From positions 2,356,001 through 2,420,000 of the forward strand of contig NW_027590123.1 in the NCBI RefSeq assembly GCF_964213995.1: a DNA stretch of 64,000 nt, in the 5' to 3' direction. The position numbers and the translations under genes were made by a program. The DNA is from Mustelus asterias (taxonomy: Eukaryota). The notes beneath the pieces are model-generated. The model saw only the letters and a program-made list of their open reading frames with translations. It was not told where the DNA came from and did not search any database. The first letter of the stretch is position 1. The number at the start of each line of letters is the position of its first letter. Shown here piece by piece: positions 11,366 to 23,539 of this stretch.

Positions 11366-11560
11366 GATCATAGAATCATAGAACTCCTACAGTAGAGAAG
11401 GAGGCCATTCGGCCCAGAGAGTCTGTACCGACCACAATTCCACCGAGGCCCTATTCCCGTAACCGCACACAGAATCTCCCTGACACTAAGGGTCAATTTA
11501 TCATGGCCAATCCACCTAATCCGCACATCTTTGGACTGTTGGAGGAAACCACAGCACCCG
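11366..11560 (-). mobile_element. HE1-type SINE 3' half
   Basis: Reverse complement of the SINE tail and core. Confidence 0.75.
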
Positions 11561-12190
11561 ATTTAGGACTGAGTTGAGGAGGAACTTCTTCATACAAAGG
11601 GTTGTGAATCTGTAGAACTCCCTGCCCAGTGAAGCAGTTGAGGCTACCTCATTGATGGTTTGTACGGCAAGGATAGATCAATTTTTGAACAGTAAAAGAA
11701 TTAAGGATTATGGTGAGCGGGCGGGTAAGTGGAGCTGAGTCCACGAAAATATCTTATTGAATGGCGGAGCAGGCTCGAGGGGACAGATGACCTACTCCTG
11801 CTCCTAGTTCTTATGTTCTTATTATGTTCTGATTGAGGCATTCAAAATCCTGAGTTGTCTGGAGAGAGTCGATAGAGAGGAACCGTTAACTGGTAGAAGG
11901 ATCTTGTACAGAGGGTGTGGGTCGAAGTTAATTGGCAAAAGAAGCATAGAGACATAACAGAAAACATTTCAAACAGTGAGTGACTCAGATTTGGAATGTG
12001 CTGTTTGAGAGTCTGGTGCAGGCAGCGCCAATTGATGGTTTCTAAATGGGATTGAATTATTGTCTGAAAATGAACAAAATGCTGGACTGTGGGGTAGAGA
12101 GTGTTATTGGTTGAATTGCTCCTTTAGAGGGCAAACAGATACACGATGGGTCAAAAGGCCTTCTTCACTGTTGTAAGTGCTCTATGAATC
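11560..12190 (+). mobile_element. Two tandem CR1 3' fragments
   Basis: RTELRRNFF motif and TTCTTATGTTCTT tail near 11830, followed by an older CR1 3' end. Confidence 0.75.
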
Positions 12191-12199
12191 TTGAAAGGG

Positions 12200-12550
12200 G
12201 AGACAGTGGCATAGTGGTAATATCACTGGGCTAGTAATTCGGAGTGGAGGCAATTCAAATACAACTACAACAGAACGTGAGATTTAAAATGCAATTGCAA
12301 TTTTGAATTTAAAGTTCGTTTCCTTAATTGTGGCTGTTACAGAAAACACATCAGATTCGCTAATGCCCTGTAGAAAAGGAAAGCTTCCATCCTTCCCCAG
12401 TTTGACCCATGGGTGACTCCAGGCCTCCAAGTGGTTGGCGCTACCTGCCTTCTGTGGTGGTCTAGAAGACCAATAAATTCAGAGAATTAGCGATTACCAA
12501 CAATTGCTGGCCTTGCCAGCTGATTATACAGCCAATGAAAGAATAAGAAA
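12200..12550 (+). mobile_element. DeuSINE/SacSINE1-like SINE
   Basis: GTGGCATAGTGGTAATATCACTGGGCTAGTAAT head, GATTCGCTAATGCCCTGTAGAAAAGGAAAG core and L2-like tail. Confidence 0.6.
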
Positions 12551-12595
12551 CAGCAACTAAAATCAGCTTTTCACAACATCTGCAATAGCAAAGGT

Positions 12596-12614
12596 TGTCC
12601 AGTAGATGGCAGTG
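12596..12614 (+). promoter_or_regulatory. Candidate CTCF site (forward)
   Basis: TGTCCAGTAGATGGCAGTG matches the CCASYAGRKGGCRS consensus; motif evidence only. Confidence 0.4.
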
Positions 12615-13161
12615 AAACCGTGACTTTTGGCACGACACAAAACTGAGATTGTCTCAATTATTGCTGCCATGGACTTTGCCCATCGTAAACTCGACCCAGT
12701 TTATATGACACGAAACCCTATTTCTGATAATACGACAATAATTCTGAGTTGATCCGTCCTCATCAAAATCCCAGTTGTTATTATACTGAACAAAGCCTTA
12801 GCTGATATCACACCGTGCATTCTGGCAGTTGCGGCAGCACGGAATTAATTCTCGGCTGATGTCATGATTCTCCATGTCTCTGTTGTTACGTCACTTGACC
12901 CTCTCTCTTCTGACGCTGCACCAGAACACGTTACTGTTTTTATTACACGAGGCTCTGTCTCAGTTATTGCATTGCTGGAACCTGCATAAAAACCTATATA
13001 AAAAATCGACAATGTCTCAATCACTCCTGCACCAGTTCACCCCCCTGTTTATAGCGAACAGCATCCTGTCTCTGTAATTCTTGTTTTATTTCAAGTTTCA
13101 TTTATTGATGCACTTGCCCCGTCAAAGCTTATATCAATCTAAGGCCTTGGTCTGAAATTAC

Positions 13162-13345
13162 ACAAGCTTTCGAGGCTCTGAGCCCCTTCTTCAGGTGAGT
13201 GATACGTCCACTCACCTGAAGAAGGGGCTCAGAGCCTCGAAAGCTTGTGTGGCTTTTGCTACCAAATAAACCTGTTGGACTTTAACCTGGTATTGTTAAA
13301 CTTCTTACTGTGTTTACCCCAGTCCAACGCCGGCATCTCCACATC
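13162..13345 (+). mobile_element. Penelope-like element terminal remnant with perfect 42-bp inverted repeat and 10-bp TSD
   Basis: Arms 13160-13201 and 13209-13250 are exact reverse complements; TSD CTGAAATTAC at 13152-13161 and 13346-13355; AATAAA at about 13266. Confidence 0.8.
13208..13252 (+). ncRNA. Minimal type I hammerhead ribozyme-like motif (Penelope-associated)
   Basis: CAC-CTGAAGA-A-GGGGCT/CAG/AGCCTC-GAAA-GCTT-GTG: core boxes, stem II, palindromic AAGCTT stem III and CAC/GTG stem I. Confidence 0.55.
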
Positions 13346-16300
13346 CTGAAATTACTGTGTCAGGCTTTGTCTCATTTTATGTTATACAATGCCCAGAATC
13401 AGACAAAATTATTCTCGGCCCGGTGTCAGTTTTATTACGTTTGATGTTCTGTCCTTTATTATGCGCTAAACCATACCGCTGGTCATTTTGCACATCACCC
13501 TCTCTCAATTATTACTTTACTCTGCATTGCCTCACTTTTTATTCCACTGGGCCACATCTCTGTTTATATCACGCGAGATCATGTCCCTATATTCTGATAG
13601 CACCTATACGAGTTTACATTACACTAGAACCTGCCTCAGTTGAAATTATTGTGCACATTGTCTCCGCCTATAATAGAATAAATCCTGTCGTTATTACAGC
13701 TGCATGTCTCTGTTTATATTAGAAAGCACCACGCTAGTTACTAATACACGAGATCCTCCCTCAGTAATTACTGAACTGAACCCAGCCTCCATTCATATTA
13801 GTGCAGGTACTGCATAAATAATTTTTGCACTCGGAAATTGCCCCTTAGTGTCCAAAGATGTGTAGGTTACGTGGATCAGCCATGGTAAATGTGCGGGGCT
13901 ATCGGGGATAGGGTAGAAGGAAGGGTAGAATGGGATAGGGTAGAAGGAAATTTGGGCCGAATGACTTGATTCTCCTTCTATATCTCATGAACTGAGGAAG
14001 GCCTGGGTGGGATGCAGACTCGATGGACCAGGTGACCTTTTTCTGCACAATAGGGATCATATGGCTCTATGTCTAAGAAATACCACATCATTTCCCTCCT
14101 TAAATATTTGTCTGCTTATTTAAAATAATCTATTTTCTAAAAACCCCCTTTGGAGAAATGAACTTTCATTTAGCAAATTCCCTTCAATTTTCCCAGTGAT
14201 AACCTTCAATCTATTTCCGCCTTCCATGAGTGTATGAAAACCCTAAACAGTTCATGTATTTCAATTGAAGAATAGTTAATACTGTAATTATTTATTGGCA
14301 ACCATTCTGTTTTGTGCTCTTGTTTACAAAATGATTTCAGACTGACTATTTTGTTCCCAGCGTTGACTTATTTGTCTTTAGAGATCAGTTGGAAAATGAA
14401 TAACTCACATGTCAAATGGCGAGGAGATTACTGGAAAATGATCTTCTCATTGTCTCACTGAAATTCCTGATATAAGACTCGAATATGTGCTGATTTGTGA
14501 AAATGATGCCGAAGATGAACCAGGATATATAGCCGACAGGAGATAATTATAACTGCAATTCTCAGACCTCTTATTCCTATTGATGCAAAGGATTGAAACA
14601 TCTGCTCCTCTCCAGAGAAGTTTCAATATTTGTGTTTAAAAGTTACATTCACCAATTCCATGGTAACAACCTTAAACATGTTCTACTGTCTATAAGTTGT
14701 ATAGTCGAGATAATAAGATGAATCAGGGTCAGGTGTATCAGAAGGGTGGCCAGACCTTGCGTGGTATAAACAGTGATACGGGCTGGTGAACATGGAGTGC
14801 AGCGGTTCAACATGGCAGCTCATCACCACTTTGTCGGGACAATTACAGAAGGGCACCGGATGCCAGTAATGCCCACATCCCATTAATGATTAAAAATTAA
14901 TAACAGAAAGAATCTAATCTAATATAGACAGATATGCCAGCGCAATGACAACATAAACTGGCCGGGATATTCATATAATCCAATGTATGAGACATATAGA
15001 ATACGAGACAGAACTTGATATAACACTTAAGTAAACATTTTTTGTGCGTGTGATCATTCGAGAAAAAATAATTTGTCCAAAAATAACTGGCGGATGTCAA
15101 ATGTAACAAAACTAGATATAGGTTCTAATTCACAACTGATTGGGTAAAGGTTTTCAAAAATAATGATCGAGAATTAGAACATTATAATTTGAATGACTGG
15201 CTCGAGGATATCACAATCCGATTCAGCTGGGCCTTGAGTCAGACTGGGACCTGATATGTGGAAAGAATCATTTCTAGAGCCTCAGCGCAGGTTTCTTTGC
15301 AATGGTGAGTGATGCAGGGATGTGTGTGGTAAACACGGATTGGAAACCTGATGACAAACGCAGGGATGACTGACTTCACCTGACTAAGAGCTGGTATTCC
15401 GAAGGGGGGACAATCATGGCGGACTCCATAAATTTCTGTAATCTGAGGTAACAATAGTGCACTTGTCAGAGGAACAAAAAATAATCCGTTTCTTCGCATT
15501 CTTACCAACAGTTCCACAGTTACAGCAGAATTAGGACATGTGATGACCGAAAAGACTAAATATGAAAACCTCATCGGAGGAAAAAAGCAGTGCAACAAAT
15601 GTTAAGGGTAAATGTACTGGTCCGAGACAAGTGCGATCCAATGCCAATTTGCTCAAAGTGATGGTTTGTAAATAGCAATGAATTTTGGAATGGTTCCCGG
15701 CAATCATGGATCCAGATACACAAACCGAAGTGTTGTCAAAAGATAAGATTAGCACAATACAACACATGTATAAATATTGCATTTTATTCAGTTTCAATCA
15801 AGGACAGGAATAGATACAAAAGGAATGCCAGGGCAATGATATAGGTGAACCATTCAAATGGTCTCATTCTCAAAAATCCTTCAAATTTTAACCGCATCAA
15901 GGATTTATCTAATTTGTTTTCCAACGTTACTGTGAAATCTGATTCCATCACATTTTCCAGCTGTTCATTCCTGCTCATGCAAACTCCCGCGTAAAAATAA
16001 ACAATCATATTTCTGTCTCCCCGTTCAATTAAATAACTCTGTGCCCCCTGGTTACCGACCCTTCTCCCAGTTGAAATATTCTCTCTTAATTACCCCACTC
16101 ACAACCTCATGATTTTGAACACTAATAAAAGTGTTGAAAAGACTCACAAAGAAATGGAGCGAGATGTCGGGAGAATTAGGAGAAAGAAAAATGGGGGGCT
16201 GACAGATAAAAGCTGAGGAACAAAAAAGAGATAAGGCATTGAGAGAAAATGATAAAATAATGAAAGATAACAGCTATCATTTCCTTCCTTCATAGAACCT

Positions 16301-16749
16301 GGGAGACTCAGTGACTGATCCACGGACCATCCGGTTATGTCCGGGAATGGAAACTCTAAACAGATCACAACAGACTCATTTGTAAATGTCACCGCAATGT
16401 GATCTGTGTGACTCTGCCGCGACTCTGTGGACAGATATAGGCCACACTGACAGATGTTCTCAACAGATTGTGGCTCCTGGATTTATTTTCTGCTCAGAAG
16501 TGAGATGTGCGGTTTGGAACCGGCAGCAGAGAAACAGGAAGTTGTGTTACCTGAGAATGAAACAACTGGGGCCACTTTGGTGTTATCATCGAGAACAGTC
16601 TTCCTGCCTGTGAGGGTGAATTCATTGTGAAAGCATCAAGAGCAACCAAACAGATTGCTGCCCGTCTCAAAGTTACATTCACCTCCATTCCCATTTTAAT
16701 GAATCAATAAATTAGGGAATCAGATCTTACATCAACTCAAACGCTTTTG

Positions 16750-17072
16750 GGGTGGCACGGTGATACAGTTGTTAACATTGCTGCCTCACAGCGCCTGGGA
16801 CCTGCGTTCGATTCCCGCTTCCTTGGGTCACGGTCTGTGTGGAGTTTGCACATTCTCCCTGTGTTTGCGTGGGTTTCCTCCGGGCGCTCCAGTTTCCTGC
16901 CACACTCCAAAGATGTGCGGTTTAGTTGGATTGGCCATGCTAAATTGCCCCTTAGTGTCAGGGGGACTAGATAGGGGAAACGCATGGGGTTATGCGGATA
17001 AGGTCTGGATGGGATTGTGGTCGGTTCAGACTCGATGGGCCAAATGGCCTCCTTCTGCACTGTAGGTTTCTA
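16750..17072 (+). mobile_element. HE1-type SINE, full length
   Basis: Head, core and tail all present. Confidence 0.85.
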
Positions 17073-18074
17073 TAAACAAATGATTATGTTTGTGGTTTGA
17101 ACAGATTAATTAACGAGCAGATGGACAGAGGGCTATTATTGATGGAAAATTAAAGCAACATTTTCCCCCCAGAGGTCTTCTAAAATAGAAAGTTTAAATG
17201 TATTACGTGTTATGTGAGAGAAATCGAGGAGAGAGGTTATGTGAGTGAACTGGGCTGTTCCGAATTTTCCTCTGATGAGATTTTATGCTGCATCTTTTCA
17301 GTCACAAGGTGCATTAAGCAAAAAAAAACATTTTTTTAAACTGGCAGCCAGACGCGGCTCCTGAGTACCTGAGTAATATGAGTTAAAGGAGACTGAGAGA
17401 GAGAAGGTAGGTTATCTGATTTAGGTGCAGTCTGAGACAGAGAAAGAGAGGAGAGAAGTTCAGTGAATCATTTGAAAGATGCATTGCCTTGGCAGCGGAA
17501 TGGCCAGCTGTACATCACATTCAAGAGCGTCCAGGATAATTCATTAACTTTAGGTATTGACTGAGGCATAGAATACGCAAGTAAATACTGAATAAATTAC
17601 CATAAGATGTTTAAAGGTAATTGCAATTATTTATACAGTGGTTAGGACTGTTACCTGAGTATTACGGACACGGGTTCCATTTCGGCCTTGGGTAACTGTT
17701 TGTGTGGAGTTTGCACATTCACTCCATGTGTGCCTGCGTTTCCTCCAGGTTCAACGCTTTCTTACCATAGTCCAAAGATGTAGAGGTTCGGTGGAGTGGC
17801 CTTGCTAAGTTGCGCCTCAGTGCCCATTTGCAGTGCAATGTGGCATTCGTTTATTATGTTCCTCAATCTCTTTTCAACAAGAGGATGTTGCAAGATTCAT
17901 CCCATGCTTTCAACAAAGTATTACACACAACGAGAGCAATTAGATATTATACGCAACGCCGGATAGTTATTAACAGGGCGAAACGCATTCTTCCAACCCC
18001 TTTCATCCACACAAATATAATACATTTTTAAAGGTAGTATCTACCTATTCGTTTAAAGTTGAATTATCAGTCAC

Positions 18075-18355
18075 AGCGGCTTGCATTAACACTGTAATGA
18101 AGTTACCGTGAAAATCCCCAAGTCGCCACACTCCGGCGCCTGTTCGAGTACACTGATGGAGAATTTAGCATGTACAATGCACCTAACCAGCACATCCTTG
18201 GACTGTGGGAGGAAACTGGAGCACCCGGAGGAAGATGACACAAATACAGGGAGAACGTGCAAAGTTCACATGGGACAGTGACCCAAGACGGGAATTGAAC
18301 TCAGATCACTGGTGCCGTGAAGCAGCAGTGCTAACGACTGTGCCACAGTGCGGCC
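18075..18355 (-). mobile_element. HE1-related SINE variant (alternative 3' tail)
   Basis: HE1 core plus GGGGATTTTCACGGTAACTTCATTACAGTGTTAATG tail, as at 25449, 33240 and 47885. Confidence 0.8.
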
Positions 18356-18697
18356 CTGCTAACTCGTTCTTTATCCCTTTCTCCCTTTCTATCTATCAGA
18401 GGCATTTTATAGAAAAGTAATAACTGAGAGAGTGTCTGCTTTATTATTAGAATCCAATGTAACACAAAGTAAGGCACGGATGCTTTCAGTATTGCATGAC
18501 ATAGAACCTAACACAATAACATCTGAGATGGAGCCGATTTTAACATCAGTGGGCTCTTTCCTAAGCAACAGCTGCTCAAAAATGATGATTTGTAGCATAT
18601 ATCAAGGTATGTCTTCGTGCATTAATAAGGGAAGTGGTATATAATATAATGTAAACAGATACAAAGTCTATTGCAATAATAATTCAAATGAGTCAAA

Positions 18698-19020
18698 TGC
18701 AGATAGAGTGAACGTTCAAAGACTATTTCCTCGGGTGGATGGAGCATAGGGGGCATAACTATAGGGTTCATGGTGGGAGATATAGGAAGGATATCAGAGG
18801 TAGGTTCTTTACGCAGAGAGTGGTTGGGGTGTGGAATGGACTGCCTGCAGTGATAGTGGAGTCAGACACTTTAGGGACATTTAAGCGGTTATTGGATAGG
18901 CACATGGAGCACACCAGGATGATAGGGAGTGGGATAGCTTGATCTTGGTTTCAGATAAAGCTCGGCACAACATCGTGGGCCGAAGGGCCTGTTCTGTGCT
19001 GTACTGTTCTATGTTCTATA
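18698..19020 (+). mobile_element. CR1 3' end
   Basis: ORF 18739-18942 RGRFFTQRVVGVWNGLP; TTCTATGTTCTAT tail. Confidence 0.85.
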
Positions 19021-19464
19021 TTAAGCGGCATGGCCTACTGCATTACTGTACAAGAGTGTGTTATTGCAGTGAACACTGTCAAGTACAGTAATAACTGAGA
19101 CAGGGTTAATTGTAGCCCTTATAGAAGCAAGATCCAGTGCATTAATAAATTAAACTTCAGATTGCGTTATATACACAGATACAGTGCTGAAAGAAAGACA
19201 AAATGAGACATGGTCTAGAAGAGCCATAACTGAGACAACTCCTGTGCAGCAAAAATATTACATTGCTCAATGCAGTAATAACTGAAGGAGGGACAGCGTA
19301 ATGAAATTAAACTGAATATAAAGTGAAATATAAGCATATACATGGTCGTACTATAGTGAGAAAAAAATGGTCAACCGTAGGTTCTACGGAATCATAGCCT
19401 AATTCAGTAATAACGATATCTGATCTAATGTTACGAATCCGATAGGATGAACTGCAATGTTGAC

Positions 19465-20455
19465 TGATTTGACTTGATTTGATTTACTATTGTCACATGT
19501 ATTAACATACAGTGAAATATATTGTTTCTTGCGCGCTATACAGACAAAACATACAGTTCAAAGAGAAGGCCACGAGAGAGTGCCGAATGTAGTGATACAG
19601 TTAGAGCTAGGGTGTAGAGAAAAATCAACTTAATGCAAGATAAATCCATTCATAAGTCTGACAGCAGCAGGGAAGAAGCTGTTCTTGAGTCGGTTCATAC
19701 GTGACTTCAGACATTTGTATCATTTTCCCGAAGGAAGAAGGTGGAAGAGAGAAAGACAGGTGTGCGTGGGGTCCTTAATTATGCTGGCTACATTGCCGAG
19801 ACAGCGGGAAGTGTAGACAGAGTCAAAGGATGGGAGGCTGGTTTGCGAGATGTATTGGGCTACATTCACGACCTTTTGTAGTTCCTTGCGGTCTTGGGCA
19901 GAGCAGGAGTCATTAATCTGTGATACAACCAGAAAGAATGCTTCCTGTGGCGCATCTGTAAAAAGTTGGTGAGAGTCGTAGCTGACATGCCAAATTTCCT
20001 TCGTCTGCTGAGAAATTTGGTGGGCGTTCTTATCTATAGTGTCGGCACGGGGGGACCAGGACATGTTGTTGGTGATCTGGACACTGAGAAACTTGAAGCT
20101 CTCGGCCCTTTCTACTTCGTCCCCGTTAATGTAGACACGGGCATGTTCTCCTTTATGCTTCCTGAAGTCGATGACAATCTCGTTTGTTTTGTTGACATTG
20201 AGGGAGAGATTATTGTTGCCGCGCCAGTTCACCAGATTCTCTATCTCATTCCTGTACTCTGTCTCGTCATTACTTGAGATCCGACCAATTACCATGGTGT
20301 CGTCAGCAAACTTGAAAATCGAATTGGAGGGGAATTTGCCCGCACAAACACATGTGTATAAGGAGCATAGTAGGGGGCCGAGAACACAGCCTTGTGGGCC
20401 ACCGGATTTGAGGATGATCGTGGAGGAGGTGTTGTTGCCTATCCTTACTGCTTGA
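19465..20455 (-). mobile_element. Rex1/Babar LINE, RT to 3' end fragment
   Basis: KFADDT...NNLSLNVNKTNEIVIDFRK...FKFL...DPTH motifs (ORF 19720-20295). Confidence 0.88.
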
Positions 20456-20947
20456 GGAAGGAGAGAGAGAGAGAGATGGACAAGTACACTGAGACCACGC
20501 CCCTTAAGATGAATGATCTGTTGAGTGTTTCTGGCATTTCTTTTTTTCAGGTCCCATGCATCCGCAGTATCTTGTTTTTGTGCAACGAAATATTTGAACA
20601 GATTACTAAAAGGATGGTCAATAAAGAGACAGTTTTATGGATTGATTAAGATGAGGAAATTGAGATAAGGAGATTTAGTGAGGGAATGCCAGAGCTTAGG
20701 GACTAGGCAGATGAACACATTCCAAACTGAAAAATAATTTTGAAGATCACAATACAAATTGAAGAATATATATATATTTTAAATTCTATTCAAACATAAC
20801 GTAACTGTCAACACTTGTCTGTGGCCATTTCGTTTTTTTCTCTCCCTGAAACAGATGAGCAATTAATTATTGGATAGATATTTAGACTGTGGGAGCCCAT
20901 CTGGCGGTACTGCGAGTACATAATTCTGTGTCACACTGTCAGTGTAT

Positions 20948-21690
20948 CATAGAGTCATAGAATCATAGAGTCATAGAGGTTTACAGCATGGAAACAATGC
21001 CCTTCGGCCCAACTTGTCCATGCCGCCCTCTTTTTTAAAACTCCGAAGCTAGTCCCAATTGCGAGCATTTGGGCGGTGTCCCTCTATACCTATGTTACCC
21101 ATGAAACTGTCTAAATGCTTTTTAAAAGACAAAATTGTACCCGCATCGACTACTACCTCTAGCAGCTTGTTCCAGACACTCACCCACCGTCTGTGTGAAA
21201 AATTGCCCCTCCAGACCCTTTGTATCTCTCCCCTCTCAGATTAAACCTATGCCCTCTAGTTTTAGACACCCCTGCCTTTGGGTAAAGATATTGATTTTCT
21301 AGCTGACCTATGCCCCTCATTATTTTATAGACCTCTATAAGATCGCCCCTCAGTCTTCTACGCTCCAGAGAAAAAAAGTCCCAGTCTATCCAGCCTCTCC
21401 TTATAACTCAAACCATCAAATCCCGGCAGCATCCTGGTAAATATTTTCTGCACTCTTTCTAGTATAATGATATCCTTTCTATAATAAGGTGACCAGAACT
21501 GTACACGGTATTCCAAGTGTGGCCTTACCGATGCCTTGTAAAACTTCAACAAGACGTCCCAACGTCTGTATTCAATGTTCTGACCAATGAAACCAAGCAT
21601 GCTGAATACCTTCTTCCAAACTTTCCACTTTCAAGGAGCTATGAACATGCACCGCCAGACCTCTTTGTTCTGTAACTTTCCCCAACGCCC
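20948..21690 (-). mobile_element. CR1 3' fragment
   Basis: ORF 21358-21600 VRPHLEYRVQFWSPYYRKD; CTATGACT repeat tail. Confidence 0.85.
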
Positions 21691-22236
21691 TGACAGTTGA
21701 ATGCTTTTAATGAAATGAAACAGGTGAAAATCTTCTTCGCTAAAATCTGTGGCAAATTGACACAGTACAACACAATATCCAATTTATAAATTGTATCAGA
21801 ACAGAGGTTACCTGAAGGTATTGCAAAGAGCACTGCACCATTGTTCAGATATTGACCTGTCCCTCAATGCCAGTTCGTCACTGAGAAATTGTTATAACGT
21901 TCACGCTAAATATTATCCACACAATAACAGAACAATTAGACGTTTCTCACAGCTACTTATAGATATTATCAAAACATAAAACTACTTTTTCAAACAAGTA
22001 TACTTGGTGTTGGACAGCCATGCCCATGTATATCGTGATTGATAATATCTCAGCAGACAAACACATTCATGGTCGTATGTTGGATTAACAGAAACAGACT
22101 TTGATGTAACGTAAAGAGACAAATCCTATGTAACAGAAAAAATTGATGGGATCCGATGTAATATAATCAGATCCGTGGTCTACTCTAGTACTAATTGAGA
22201 GGACCTAATGTAGCATACATAGGGAAATGGCCTAGA

Positions 22237-22573
22237 AGAAATCATAGAAACCCTACAGTGCAGAAGGAGGCCATTCGGCCCATCGAGTCTGCACCGACCA
22301 CAATCCCACCCAGGCCCTACCCCCACATATTTACCCGCTAAACCCTCTAACATACACATCCCAGGACACTAAGGGGCAATTTTTAACCTAGCCAATCAAC
22401 CTAACCCGCACATCTTTGGACTGTGGGAGGAAACCGGAGCACCCGGAGGAAACCCACGCAGACACGAGGAGAATGTGCAAACTCCACACAGACAGTGACC
22501 CGAGCCGGGAATCGAAACCGGGACCCTGGAGCTGTGAAGCAGCAGTGCGAACCACTGTGCTACCGTGCCGCCC
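22237..22573 (-). mobile_element. HE1-type SINE, young full-length copy
   Basis: Intact A and B boxes (GGTAGCACAGTGG, GGTTTCGATTCCC), core and tail. Confidence 0.9.
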
Positions 22574-23539
22574 GGAGTGTAGCATAACGAGAAAAACAAC
22601 TGGATGCAGTATACAGAGAGACAGGGTCCACTGTCGTATCATTAAAAACTGGGTCCGGTACAATATTAATAGAAGTATTGACTGGTGTAATGTAATCAGA
22701 GGGATGATTCAGTTAATTAATAACTAATAAAGTAGTGTCTTCTATATACTGACCCTCTTGCCATTGGATAACAATTTCTTCCTAATGAGTAAAACATTTC
22801 CATTCATAACTTTGACCTTCTATACTAAGTTTCCCATAAACTGCTCAGCTCTAAGAGAAACAAACTCAGCGTTCAGCTGTTCTGATAATGCAGCTCATAC
22901 AGGATGAACGTCAAGCTCCATACGACCTTCTGCCTCGCGTGTTTCCCGATGTCATTTTAGGAATTGATGGAACTTTTACATGGATTCCCATTAATCAATG
23001 TCATCGTGTCAGAATAAGATTCAAGGCTAGGAGAAGACTTTATCTGACAATTAAATGCATTAGTGTAATATTGGACATAGATCTCAGAGTTTAGACACAC
23101 TGAGCTGAATGTCATAATGTGAAAACACAATCAGTGATCTGTTAACAGTCTTATCTCAGTGGAATCAACATCATTTTTGAGTCAAATTGTAGTGTATTCA
23201 ATTCCCACAACATGTACCTGAGCTCATGACCAACCTGTGATGAAGTGCTGAGTGTACACTTGTTCCATTATTAGATGTGATGCTATTTCAGTCGAAGGGG
23301 TAGTATAGCAATATTGTTATTAAGCTAGTATTCCAGAAGATAGAAATAATGTTCTGGGGACAGGAGTTCAAATTCCAACCCGGCAGCTGGGGTATTTCAA
23401 TTCAATTCATTTGTTTTAGTTGAAACAAACATCGTTGTGTAATTAATAACAATCATATTTCATCAAAGCTCATCTTCTGTCGTGGTCTTCAGGAGAGGAA
23501 ATTTTACTTCTTACTTATAAGGTATAGAAAATTGCCAGA

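Larger units (their letters stand above)
12620..13810 (+). repeat. Degenerate 26-27 bp minisatellite array (ACACTAGACCCTGTCTCTGTTTATATT-like)
   Basis: Recurrent TGTCTCTGTTTATATT and TGTCTCAGTTATT words with about 26-27 bp spacing. Confidence 0.6.

Noticed and set aside
16295-16620. Acceptor-like TTCCTTCATAG followed by NLGDSVT, resembling a TCR V start
   Set aside because: No Cys, WY, YYC or RSS in sensible register in any frame.
22400-22573. SINE heads as tRNA genes
   Set aside because: A and B boxes are followed by HE1 core and LINE-derived tails; no cloverleaf.
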